A stretch of DNA of 64,000 nt, from positions 53,260,001 through 53,324,000 of the forward strand of contig NC_058382.1 of NCBI RefSeq assembly GCF_018350175.1, in the 5' to 3' direction. The notes under the pieces were generated by a model. That model searched no databases. It was not told where the DNA came from and was given only the letters and a program-made list of their open reading frames with translations. This document shows positions 50,466-62,220 of the stretch, piece after piece. Every line of letters starts with the position of its first letter. Position 1 is the stretch's first letter. Origin of the DNA: Felis catus (taxonomy: Eukaryota). The translations under genes were made by a program, and so were the position numbers.

Positions 50466-51227
50466 CCTAGAGGGAGCTGACCCAGGTTCTCAGGGAGGCA
50501 CTGGTCAAGGTCCCAAGCTCTCAAATTAAAAACCATTGAGGTTGGTCCCATGACCCGTCCGCCGGAATCTTGGACAGAAACAACCAGGGCAGTGTAGCGG
50601 TTCTCTCTGCTCTCAGTCTCAAACCACAGCCTCACTCAGCCCGGGTCCTCACGTGTGTGCTTCCTTTTTTGGATTCCTCTACCATCGATTTACCTAAATT
50701 TCTGGACTTTTGGGAAGCTCTTTAGTGGGACTCTGCACCAGCTCAAGAGGTTACGGAGGCCAGTAAACTTGGCAGGTGAATGCTTTGCATTAAACCGGAC
50801 GTATCTGCAAGGTGCAGGGATTGTCGCTGCAGGAGGCAATGAAATTCAGCTGTCTCTTCAGCAGTATCTGAAGATCCTTCCAGGTCCAGCTAAAGTAATC
50901 CCTCCGTCCTGTCACCGCCTTTTCATCACTGTCCTGCTGCTCACCTGCCCCTCCGCAGTCCCGGGCAAGGCGAGACATCGCCCTATTACTCTGGTCGCGT
51001 CCTTTCCCACCCTGTCCCCAGAACCTGGACAGCCTAGGACTTCTTCCCAGACACCCGTAACCTCCAGCCTTCAAGATCCTTCTCTGAGGCCTCCAGCCTA
51101 CATCACTCTTCCCTTCTCCGATTCTATTGTGCTTCACCATCGGAACAGCAATATCAGTGGGGACGCTTTCGATACATGTGCTTCTACTCTGTTCAATTTC
51201 CATTTTTTTTAAATCTGGGCATCTCAC

Positions 51228-51425
51228 CCAGCGTTGGGCTGATCAGCAACAGCTCTGCGGTGGATGGGAGCAAGGAAAAGGGGTCTGGTTCTGTAGCATT
51301 TTCATCCCCTGCTGCAAATATTCCCGACCAATTTCATGCTGCCAGTACCTAAATAGGGAATCGGGAAGAGATCCACTCAACTGGTTCTCAAGAGCCCCCA
51401 GGAGTGGGCTCCCGCACACGGCTGG
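51228..51425. mobile_element. MER63A-like fragment
   Basis: TGTAGCATTT..AAATATTCCC..GGGAAGAGAT..GGCTCCCGCACACGGCTGG. Confidence 0.55.
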
Positions 51426-52423
51426 TCAGCCATCCAGGCGCCATCTCCCGGGAAGCTGTTCTGTGACAGCCCCCGTGCTAAACGCTGAGCCCGAGGCATG
51501 GAAGGTACGGGTCCTGGATCACAGTCTGGTGTGGTCTACGGGGAAACACTTCTTTCACAGTGACACGTGACAGGCTGAGAAACAGGTAAGAGGTAGCTAT
51601 AAAGGAGGGAGCAGTCGATTTTGCCAACTCAACTATGGGATTCCCCCCAGCTTCAGGGGGAAAAAAAAAAAGATCCTTCATAGTTTTGAGCCAAAAAAGA
51701 CATGGTTCTGACTGGTCCCGCCTGCCTGTCCCCTTAGTAATGGGAGCAGCCAGCTGGCTTTGCACTTAGCAGACACTGCCTCTGCTTACTCATCTGACCT
51801 GTATTAAGAATTCCATGTGGCTGGTTCTGCCATCCCGTCTGCAGAAGGGAAGGGACTTCTCCAAAGTCACAAAGCCAGAAAGCCCTGACACTGACACCAT
51901 GGGGGCTGCGGCACTCTGCGGAATCCCTCAGTGTTTCCAGGGAGGGCAAGGGGCCCTTTGCTCCATCAAAGGCTGTGTGAGCTAGCCTTCCCGTAGCGAA
52001 CTATTCCTCAAAGATATTCCGAGAGCCTCTGCAGAGATCTCAGAGTCCTGGGGGTGGGGTGGGGTCGGGGGGAGAACGGCTGACAATTTGGAGGGCCGGC
52101 TTCCACCCTCAGTGGCTTCTGGTGTCTTTTTTCTACAGGGATTTCCCCCCCCCATACACCTTCATTTTAGAAACGGTTCCTCTGTGGAAACAAAACAAGA
52201 TGGGTCTGAAACCCACGATTGCTGCCGGAACTTAGTGTTTATGGAGAAGTCCAGGAGAAGCCTGGAGAGCTCTGCCCCTGCTCACCTGGTACAGTGGGGA
52301 CGTACTGTGGGAATAAAAGAACTTTGGGGAGATTTTCAGAAACTGCATCCAAACCCAATTTACTTCCTCCCCAAAACGGGCGAAGTCCGAAGGCAAGACT
52401 GTGAGCATGTCACTAACCACTGA

Positions 52424-52515
52424 CCCTGGACCCTGTTCTGTGTGGTCCGGCATTCCCACAGCATGAGTGCAGCATCCCTGGACCCTGTTCTGGGTGGTCC
52501 GGCATTCACACAGCA
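52424..52515 (+). repeat. Direct duplication of 40 bp (52-bp period)
   Basis: CCCTGGACCCTGTTCTGKGTGGTCCGGCATTCMCACAGCA at 52424 and 52476, 38/40 identical. Confidence 0.95.
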
Positions 52516-53634
52516 CCAGTCTGCAAGGATTTCTGGGCTGGGCATCCAATTTGCCTCGACACCCAGTCAAATCCAGATTCACCCTGGAAACGCCCGACCC
52601 CGCATCGCCAACGCTTTTCAAGCCCATGGGGCAAAAAATCTGTCTTACAGGATTTCTCTGCAGGCAGCTTTGCCCCCGAGTCAAGGCCGAGTCAAGGCTG
52701 GCTCCTTAACACAACGAGTTCTAAAGAACCAGGGCCTGGAATCTGCCCCTCTCCTCCCCGCCCAGAACCTGACTTCCTCCGAGGAGACTGCCACCGCACT
52801 GCTGTATTTTAACACATAACTCACAAATTAAAAACTGAAAGAAGAAACGCATGTTTCTGTCAATGGCTTAAGGGGATTCCACCTCTAAGCTGCTGCTAAA
52901 ACTCCCTTAGTCTTTTTTACATTTGTAGCATTTTGGAGCAATTTGCTGGAGTCAAAGAAGGCAGTGAAATTTCCACAACCGACTTCAAAGCCCCCAAATC
53001 CTGTATCAGTGGAGGGGAGCCTGGTAGCAACACCAGAGGGGACGTTTGTTCAAAGAGGTGTGTGTAGGAACGCGCCGGGCTTTTCTGCCCTGTGCCTGCG
53101 ATTGATGTTAATGGCAGACACGTGACCAAATCCCCATGTAGTTCTTTGAAACAAGCCCCTCCCTCCCTCTCTCCTTCCCTGCCACCCCCCCCCCCCCCGC
53201 CTTCCCCAACACTTTTTTTGGCTGTGACAATGCCGATGATACAGAAAAGGGCTAGAACAGAGGAACGGCTTCCACAACTCAATGAACAATACCCGCCTTA
53301 ATTCAATTAACACAAATGAGTCTTTTATCCGGTGGGGAGCACGGAGCAGGAACAGACTGATGGAGAGGAGGGGCTGTACCTGGATGGTTTCACGCTGGTC
53401 AACACAGACGTGGACCAAAGTGGCTCCGGAAAAGGGGATCGTGCAAGCCGTCAGGGCACCACCCACCCGAATTCACTCCGCTTTGCTTTCTACCTCTGTT
53501 TCCACGCCCTCTCTGGTCTGGCTTTCCCATTTCTTCTCCCAGGGTACCCACCGGTCCCTGTGCAAGAGAGTCCTTCCTCCCCACCGCAGACCCATGAACA
53601 CACTGTTTATTCCAGCTGTACCCTCGCTGCTGGA

Positions 53635-53830
53635 GGGGCACCTGGGAGGCTCAATCAGTTCGACTCTTGGTTTCAGGTCAGGTCACAAGCTCACGGTCTC
53701 CCGAGTTGGATCCCCCCATCAGGCTCCGTGCGGACAGTACAGAGCCCGCTTGGGAGTGCCTGTCTCCCTCTCTCTCTGCTCTTGCCCCGCTCACACTCGG
53801 TCTCTCTCAAAATAAACTTTAAAAAAAAAT
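53635..53830 (+). mobile_element. Diverged Can-SINE
   Basis: GGGGCACCTGGGAGGCTCA head, CT-rich region, AAAATAAA tail. Confidence 0.9.
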
Positions 53831-53959
53831 TCCCCAAACAGGAAATGTGTACAAACTGGCATTTGCTATTAGATAAATGTGCCAGGAAATCTTATAAAAG
53901 CCAAGAGGCTAATTCACAGGCTCACAAGCACACGTGTGGGTGCCTATCACCACTCATTT

Positions 53960-54330
53960 CAGCTAAAATCCAAGGTTATCCTTTCTATTACTTGGTTATG
54001 AGCAAGGAAGAACATGGTTTCCTAAGATTATTGGTCATTTGTATTTCCTTTCTCGAAAAGCTGCCCATTCTTCTCTGCTCATGTTCCCATCAAGGTGTTG
54101 GTCGTCTCGGTAAGAGCTCTTCATCCTCAGGAAATTAGGCCTTTGCCTCGCTGGTGGGTTGGGATTTTTCCTCACTTTGCTGCTTGTCTTTTGATTTTGT
54201 TTAGGGTGTTCTCGGGACACGTAGATTTTAAACGCTTACATCGAGTGATGCGTGCTTTGTCGGACCGCATGTGGGTTTTAGGTCAGGCTAAGGAAGATCT
54301 TCCCCATCCCAAGTTTGAAAAGGAGCCTCA
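53960..54330 (-). mobile_element. Old L1 fragment
   Basis: TTATTGGTCATTTGTATTTCCTT and TTAGGCCTTTGCC..TTTTTCC are typical of antisense L1M. Confidence 0.6.
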
Positions 54331-55418
54331 TTTCCTTTTGCTACCTCTGGAGCTTTTGTTTCTGCGTGGGGTGTTCCCAAAACGACAACCCTCCTCCTGC
54401 TCACCTTGCAAACCCCCCATCTTCTGGAAAGCGTTTATCCAACACAACAAGCGTTTTATTTAATTGTCGGTGTGCATCAAGAATGAACCTCGAGAGCAAG
54501 AACTGTGTCCTATTTGTTTCCGAATGTTCCAGCATCGAATCCATATTCCAGTGTATAGGGACTGCCCAGAAAGTGTTCATGGAGTTAAATCCTAAAATAA
54601 AGCCTAAGAACTCGGATGCCAAACCAGCCAGAGAAAAGGGGTTTATTTTCCAATAGCTCTCCAAAAAAGGACATTAAGAAATAGGTCTGGCTGGTGCAGA
54701 CTATATTTAACATGCTGTCCAGGAAAAGAAACCTAGCCCACAGAAGTGTCAAGGAAATGTCAGGATATGGGTCTTTTGAAAAGCGGGGAAGGAATTAAGA
54801 GAACAACCTCTAATTTTGACAGACTGCAAAGATGTCATCTTTGTCGTTGAGGAAACGGTTACTAGACTCGTATTACCTGTTTGTGTGCTCGCTTGTGCCC
54901 CTGCTTATTTGAGAACGCTCTGGCACTTTCCAGAGAGGCTCTGAGGCACAAATGCTGTGTGCTGCTCACCGATGCAGGCCTGTACCGGACACAGAAATAA
55001 ATGAGGCGCAGACTCCTTGCTCACAGACTTGAGAATCCAAGAGGAGAGGAGAAATTTAAAAGGTAATTGTCTCACAGAGTAGAGGGAAGTATGCCTTCAG
55101 AGCGGGCCATTTGTGTGGTTTAATGCTATGCTTTAGTGGAGGATCAATGGGCCTGACAGTGTGTGATCAAACATCTTGGTTAATCTCAGCCAGCGCCATT
55201 TGCCCCGGTCCTGTTTCTACTCTAAGCCAAATCGCATACTCAAGAAGTGCCTGGTGGGGTTGACGACGAATAATAAAACACCTCCTCGGTACTTGTAAGA
55301 GTTTGTGCAAATAATCTGGAAGGCATCTATCCTTGTAACTCGCTAACTAAATCCATTATTCTCTTTTTCATTCAGAATGCTGTTTAAGTACCATCATAAG
55401 TTTAAAATGAGCCTTTCT

Positions 55419-55630
55419 GGGGTGCCCCGGTGGCTCAGTCAGTTAAGCATCGGACTTCAGCTCAGGTCATGTTCTCACTGTTCGTGGGTTCGAGCCCCGC
55501 CTTGGGCTCTGTGGTGACAGCCTGGAGCCTGCTTCAGATTCTGTGTCTCCCTCTCTCTCTGCCCCTCGCCCACTCATGCTCGGTCTCTCTCACTCTTAAA
55601 AATAAATAAACATGTTAAAACAAACTTTAA
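55419..55630 (+). mobile_element. Can-SINE
   Basis: Complete head, body and tail. Confidence 0.95.
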
Positions 55631-56117
55631 GTCAACTTAGCCATTCTGCTAGTGCAAAATCCTCAGTATTCCCTTTCGTTCATATGCTGGATCTGTGATG
55701 ACCTGGTCACCTGGCTGACTGTAGACTCCTAGAAGGTCTCTGACTCTGGATTACTCGACCCATTTCCCAAACGAGAAGAATGAGACCCCAGGGGAATATG
55801 CCTGCCCAGCTTGTATGGCTGCTTCGTGGCTCAGTCAGGTGTAAAAAGGAAGCTTCTGGACCCCACCTCCAATTGGCTTTCCCTGTGAGCCTCATCTGAC
55901 TTCCTTACTCCTTCCTTATATAGACTTGATGCCAATAGAGGCCTGGGAAGAAGAGACAAAGTAGGGAAAGCACAAAGCAATTGTTCATCCCTTTTAATTT
56001 CACCGGACCTGAAAAACGCCGAGTTGTGAGACAGAACAATAAAAGATGCGCTATTCGCCAGTTATTTCTTCACTTTCTTGGTTTCCACGAAGAACTGTGT
56101 CCCTGAATTCCTCTACT

Positions 56118-56268
56118 AGGAGTTCTCAATTCTGGTTGTGCATTAGCATCCCTAGAAGTTGTTATTTAAAAAAAACACTGACGCCTTAAGTTCTGGAGTC
56201 ATTGGTCTGGGGCCGGCATCAACGTTTTTTTTCTAACAGCTCCCCAGGAGCATCCAAGGTTGACAACC
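56118..56268. mobile_element. MER5-like MITE
   Basis: GTTCTCAATTCTGGTTGTGCATTAG..TAACAGCTCCCCAGG..GTTGACAACC. Confidence 0.65.
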
Positions 56269-57504
56269 CAGTTCCCAGGTGCAAGATCTGTTGTTCATGG
56301 CCTGATTCTACTCGTGTCTATCTCCAAAAGGGCGTGCACAGGAGTCCCGGGTACGAGTTCCCCTCCCCCACGTGGAGAAGCGCCCACCTTCCAAACCTGC
56401 CGCCCCCCCCCATTCTCAGGAAATCATACTGGGAAGGCCAGACCCCCCTCCCAGCACAATCTGGAGGACCCTCCCCCAGCTACTGCTGATCGGAGGAGAG
56501 ATCGACACCTGACCCCAGTGAGCCAATGGACATTCTCTTCCTAGAACGGAGTTGTAAGAGTCTCTCGGGGGCTCTGCCTGGGAGCTCAAAAGCATGGTTG
56601 GGGTGGAAGCCAGCAGTGACTGGAGACATCACGTGTTCTCCCTAGAGAAGGCCTGCCTGCTGAGGGGAGGATGAAGCAGGTGTACAAAAACAGAGAAGGA
56701 GGGAGACGGGCCAGAGACAAGGAACCTCCACCCCAAACTGCCCTCCACAATACAGCTTGTATATACGTGCGCTTCATGTCCACCGTTAGCCTATCAATCA
56801 AGGAATAGAAACTTGAAGGCTAGAGTTTTTATGTCCGAAGAATCCCTGACCAGCCTTCTAGAAAATTAACATATTCCTTACAGGACCTCTCAAACCCGGG
56901 TCCTGAAACCCCCCGAGGAGCAAGCACATGAAAGTACTAACCGCACCCATGAGCCACCCCCCACCACGTTAAGATATTCTTGGCCTTTCACTGCATGTAC
57001 GTCAATGGAATTGATTATGCCCGTTCTCTTGCTGACCAGATGCCCCGTTGCTGTTCCAGACGGTGATGATTAATAAAAGCAAATACACCGAATTGCAAAC
57101 CATCTTTCAGAACATGAGTTTCACAAGGGGAAATTGGTACAAGTGTCCTCCCGTACTCAATAAAATGGTCAGACTTCAGTATTTTAACAGCCATTTTTCA
57201 CAACTGTCCAATGTAATGTTAGTTCCACAAAACGGTTCATTACAGAACAGGTCCCATGTTCAAGTCTGGAAGACAGTGTGTTATCTGTGCTGTTCCTTTC
57301 CTGTAGAGGGGTCACGATAATATTAGCATACAAAGGCTCTGAGATGGAGGACAGCAAAATTAAGTGTTTGATTTTGCCCAATCCATGATTTCCCTAAAGT
57401 ACTTGACCACAGATTTCCCCAAACATGCCTTGTTAAAAAAAAAAAAAAGGTTAAGGGGTGATGGCTTTTTCCCCCCCTCTTCAGGAAACTAGTTAGAAAC
57501 TACA

Positions 57505-57720
57505 GGGGCACCTGGGTGGCTCAGTCAGTTAAGCATCTGACTTCAGCTCAGGTCATGGTCTTGTGGTCCCTGAGTTTGAGCCCCACCTCGGGCTCTGTGC
57601 TGACAGCTCAGAGCCTGGAGCCTGCTTTAGATTCTGTATCTCCCTCTCTCTCTCTGCACCTCCCCTGCTCGTGCACTGCCTCTCTCTCTTTCTCAAAAAT
57701 AAACATTTTAAACAATTCAA
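57505..57720 (+). mobile_element. Can-SINE
   Basis: Complete head, body and tail. Confidence 0.96.
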
Positions 57721-59203
57721 GAAAACTGTTGTTCTAGGTTTTTCTCAATTTTCCAATCTGACAACACTTAGAGGGGTAGGAGCCTGGTATCCTAATAGCA
57801 CAGTTATTCTAAAAACAAACTGAGGCCCGCAAGGTGTGAAGGTCAAAGTTTTATTCTGTCTAAAACTGATCAAGATCAAGCATGGCAGGGTGCTTACTCT
57901 GTGCCAGGTGCTTTACATACATTATTGTATTTAATCCTTTGCCCAATCTTCGTTTACAACCCTATTTTACGGATGCAAAAACTGTATATTCTGTCTCATG
58001 TTACTACAGCTCTCGCTGTCAACTTTGCATTAAATGGGGCTTTCAGTGGAGTGATTCAATGCTGATTTATCTTCACGATCCTGCCCTTTCCCGAGTGTCA
58101 CTTGTCCACCTGACACTTTACACATTACAGGGTATTAAGGAAACGGACCCTCTATTATTTTGTACATGCTCTTGAAATAAGCATCTTGATCTTCAAGTAG
58201 GAAATGGCTGCTGTTACCCACTGAAAGCAAACCACAGCATCATTCGACTTTCGAGCTGGAGGGGTCCTTGGGGTCAAGATCATGAGAGGGACCAGTCCCC
58301 GTCTTCTAGATACTGAGGAGATCCTAGTATTTGTTTTCTAGGCCTCACTCAACCCAACTCAGAAAAAGAGGACCACAGAGGAGAGGGCTACGAAGCCCCC
58401 ACTGCATGTGCCAAGGTTACAACGCTGGGCTGTTTAGCTGGGAAGGAGGGAATATGGCGATCAGGGCAGAGCGGCACGGGGTCTATCTAGAAATACAGAT
58501 CTGCATGACTGCAGCGGAGGCTCAAATTATATTTTAATAGCTTTTGCCCGAGTTTCCTCATCTGTACAAAGGGGATTAAAATATCTGCCCCTCTAGCTGT
58601 TGTAACGATCAAAGATGGCGTAGGTCCTGGCTCCCAGGAGGCCCGAGATCAATGGCAGCTGTCCTCATCAATGCCTGTGAGGCTTTGGATGACCTCCAAA
58701 GAGCAGGATGGAACATCATGGTCTCCAGCCCCATGGAAGTTTGCTCTAACTCCTGACCAATTGGCATCGCCCCGAAGAAGTACAGAGTTATCAACTCTCC
58801 CTTAAATCTCACAAAGACCGATTCTGAACAGTCTATAAACTGCCGACTTGAAAGGAAAGAACAAGTCATCATCTTGAAGTCTAGCTAATTTCTGAAATCC
58901 CTGAGAAGCGGGATATGAAAATAACATTCACACACGTTTGGGAAGACACATACGTGTTTTGGTAACCAACCTATGTATCTATAGTGAAAACGTGTGGATC
59001 AAGTATTCCGAGTTCAAAAACCCAAGAAAATCAGTGTTCAAAATCCTTATCTACGTTTTCTCCTTCATCGTGGTGATCGTTGCAGAAACCGAACTCCAGA
59101 TAACCTCTGACTCAGTCTCCCCAATACTGTCGATGTTGGTGACATGTGCTGGCCTTCTGGTTTTAAGTTTATGTCTCTAGCACCTTTCTAAAAATATTTT
59201 CCA

Positions 59204-59450
59204 GCGGCACCTGGTTGGCTCAGTGGGGTAAGCATCTGACTTTGGTTCAGGTCATGATTTCACGGCTCGTGGGTTCGAGCCCCGCGTCCGGCTCTGTGCT
59301 GACAGCTCGGAGCCTGGTGCCTGCTTTGGATTCTGTGTCTCCTTCTCTCCCTGCCCCTCCCCTCTCTCTCTATCTCTCCGTCTCTCCTCTCTCTGCCCCT
59401 CCCTCCATCACTTTCTCTCTCAAAAATAAACATTAAAACAAAAAAAATTT
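59204..59450 (+). mobile_element. Can-SINE
   Basis: Complete; TSD AATATTTTCCA. Confidence 0.96.
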
Positions 59451-61478
59451 TAATATTTTCCAATTTCGCAAAATAAAACCCTGCTGATAAGCAAATAACA
59501 AATCACACCTAACAAGCAGTCTCTGCTTCGCAAAAGATTGTATTTCAATCCCTGTAATAATCTGGCATTCATCTAAAACGATCACTTGTTTTCCCCAATA
59601 TGTATGTCATTCCTTCCTTCAACATTTCATTGTGTACCCAGTATATGCTATGTTCGTTTTAATTATAGAAAACATTAATTTTTACTTTATTGGATTGTTT
59701 TACGGCGTGTTTGTTTAGGTAGGTACCACCCATTTTCCCCCAGTGCCCCATGCCAAGTTCACACCAGCGACGAATCCCAGGTCAAAATGCCTGGGACTCA
59801 GGTGGATGCTGATATCTATATTGATACCTAGGATTGATTTCATCTCTACTTTCGTGCCATGTATCATTTTTCAAAGGTAAAGATTTTATTGTGGAGTGCC
59901 TTGTTTCTAGATAGAATTCTACAGCCCTATTCATTCCTCATATGAACAGCTTAATATTTAAAGTTGGAAAGACAGACAAGGAAATCTATAATGAGAAAAC
60001 TTCAGGACACCCTCCCCCGCCCACAATAAATAACTCCTGTCTTCAATTTGACAAATACGGGACCGGCTTTGACGCACGAAGCATCTCAAAACTCTCTCCT
60101 TCCCTGTTCAAACCCAACAGTCCTGAGAAATGTATGACAAATTTCTGTTCGATATTAACCGCAAATTATTTTTTTCCTTTAAAAAATTAATTAAAAACAT
60201 GAGACGAAATAAATATTTCAGGCGACCAGCAGCAAAATGGGAAAATACCATGTGTTTGGAGTTTTAGTGCCCTCTGAGCACAGAAATTTATTTGCAGCAA
60301 GCAGAAAATAGACAGCGAGCATAAAAATACAGCAGAGTCCCCCTAGTAAAATTATTTATCAAGCTAACAAGGGAGGGACCCTTCTAGTAACAACAAGCCA
60401 GCGAGGAATAGACATGGCTTTATATTTTACCTTTGGGTTAGCAAACCAGTAAAAATGCCAACTGACAAGCACTTCACATAAACATTTCTTTCTAAATGAG
60501 CTTCCTTGTTAGGAGGAAAGAAAAAAAAAAGTCTTTCTAGCTAAGGAGCACTATAGCTTACAGAGAATTCTAGCACATATACGCAGACTCTTTAGTGTAA
60601 GAATAAAATAGCTGAAAAAATAAGTTAATGTGAACTATGAACGGAGTTGTAAAAACAAATTAGAAGTTCGTTAAAGAAAATGTGCTTACACGCTTATCAG
60701 AATACGCTCAGGCTGGAAGGGCTACAGAAAGTCACAGTTTTGTAAGATGCGTTTTGGGGGCTAGCATTAAGAGTCTCCAGAAAAAATATGCATACATATA
60801 TATTCACCTACACAGATATATACGTACTGACATTGCCTCTACTGTGTAAGCCTCCCTGCTATATTTTTTCAAATATTTATTTTATGAGCAAACTCCCAAA
60901 GCCAGTTTTTACAGTTTAGTTTAACGATACCAAACTTTGATTATAAATTACAAATCACTTACTGCAGCTTGCAACACCAAAAAAAAAAAAAAAAAAAAAA
61001 AAGGAGAAGAAGGAGGAGGAAGGAGAAAAAGAAAGAAGTCCTTGAGTCAAAGCCACACAGTGACCTGATCCCAATTAAATTTTACAGAAATCATAAAAAC
61101 ATGCATTCTCAGAACAACTGCATATCGGCAATAGCTCTGCAAATAACTCCTGATGAATTTACAGTTGAAATCACACACTCGGAACTCATCCTCCCTAAAG
61201 TGAAAATCTGACCGGTTAACCGTGGCAAACATGGAGAGGTGCCTTTTTTATTGTAACGGCAAACGATGGGGCAGGGAACGGGGAATCTGAATGACACCGT
61301 AAAATGTCGAGTCAAGACAGACACAAACACCTTGCAGAAACTGCACTCCCTCCCCCCATTCCCACCAATGCCTTAAAAAACAAAAGTTTTCCGGCAACAG
61401 GGAAAGTTTCTCATCACTACTATCACCTGGCTCAAATAAAATAGAAGGAAAAAGAATAAAAAACAGATCCTTCCTTAC

Positions 61479-62220
61479 TTTGTTCTTCCTCTCCGGGGCA
61501 GGGCGACTTTCCCCACGCTTCCGTGACATCTCCGAGCTCCAGCTGGACAGGGAAAACCTCCCGCTCTCAGTCAGGATCCGAGCTGTAGCTGTACCCTGCA
61601 TTTGCCTGCTGGAGTCGAGGCTCCAACTCAAATCCCACCCGCTCAGTTCGGGAGCCGGGGGGTTATATCCGCCCGCACGTCTGTGGGGAGGATTGATTGC
61701 ACCTGTCCTGTGCTATTTCGCCAATGACCTTTTCGCCTTCGGACTGGGGTTTTGTCAGGATGCTAGTCAATACCTGAGGCTCAGATCAAACAGGTAAGTT
61801 CTGAATAATTAGGTTTGCCAAACCACCCCCGGTGACTAATGTTTAGAACACACCCATTTTTGCCAACAAGGTCATCACCAACCGCTAAGGTGGGGACGAT
61901 AGTGAAGGCAGCAGCAGCCCTGCTCATTCTGATTCGCTGGCTGGATTAGAACACGGGGCACGTGGAAAAGAGCACGTGGAAAGCCGTGGCGTCCAAGGCA
62001 AGATGGCGATGCCAAGGGGCCTGGAATGCAGAGGGGGTCTCCGGAAGGCGGCTGGGGAGAAGGGCAGCTGGGAGCCGTCAGCCCTGGGCAGCAAAGCAGC
62101 CCCGAGGCGGACCAGAAATCCAGTCCCCATCACAAACTCTCTCCCTCCTTTGCGGTGAGGGAAAACCCCGGGCTCAAACCTCCACACTGCCCGTGAAAGC
62201 CCGTGCCAGCACGTGCGCTT
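61479..62220. promoter_or_regulatory. Candidate promoter, possibly bidirectional
   Basis: TATA-like TTATATC 61663-69, GC box 61669-74, RCGTG 61675-80, CCAAT 61721-25, AAAGGTCA(-) 61725-32, three CACGTG, elevated CpG, repeat-free; splice donors on both strands. Confidence 0.55.

Noticed and set aside
53332..54138. 268-aa ORF
   Set aside because: Non-ATG start; reads through a SINE and an antisense L1 fragment
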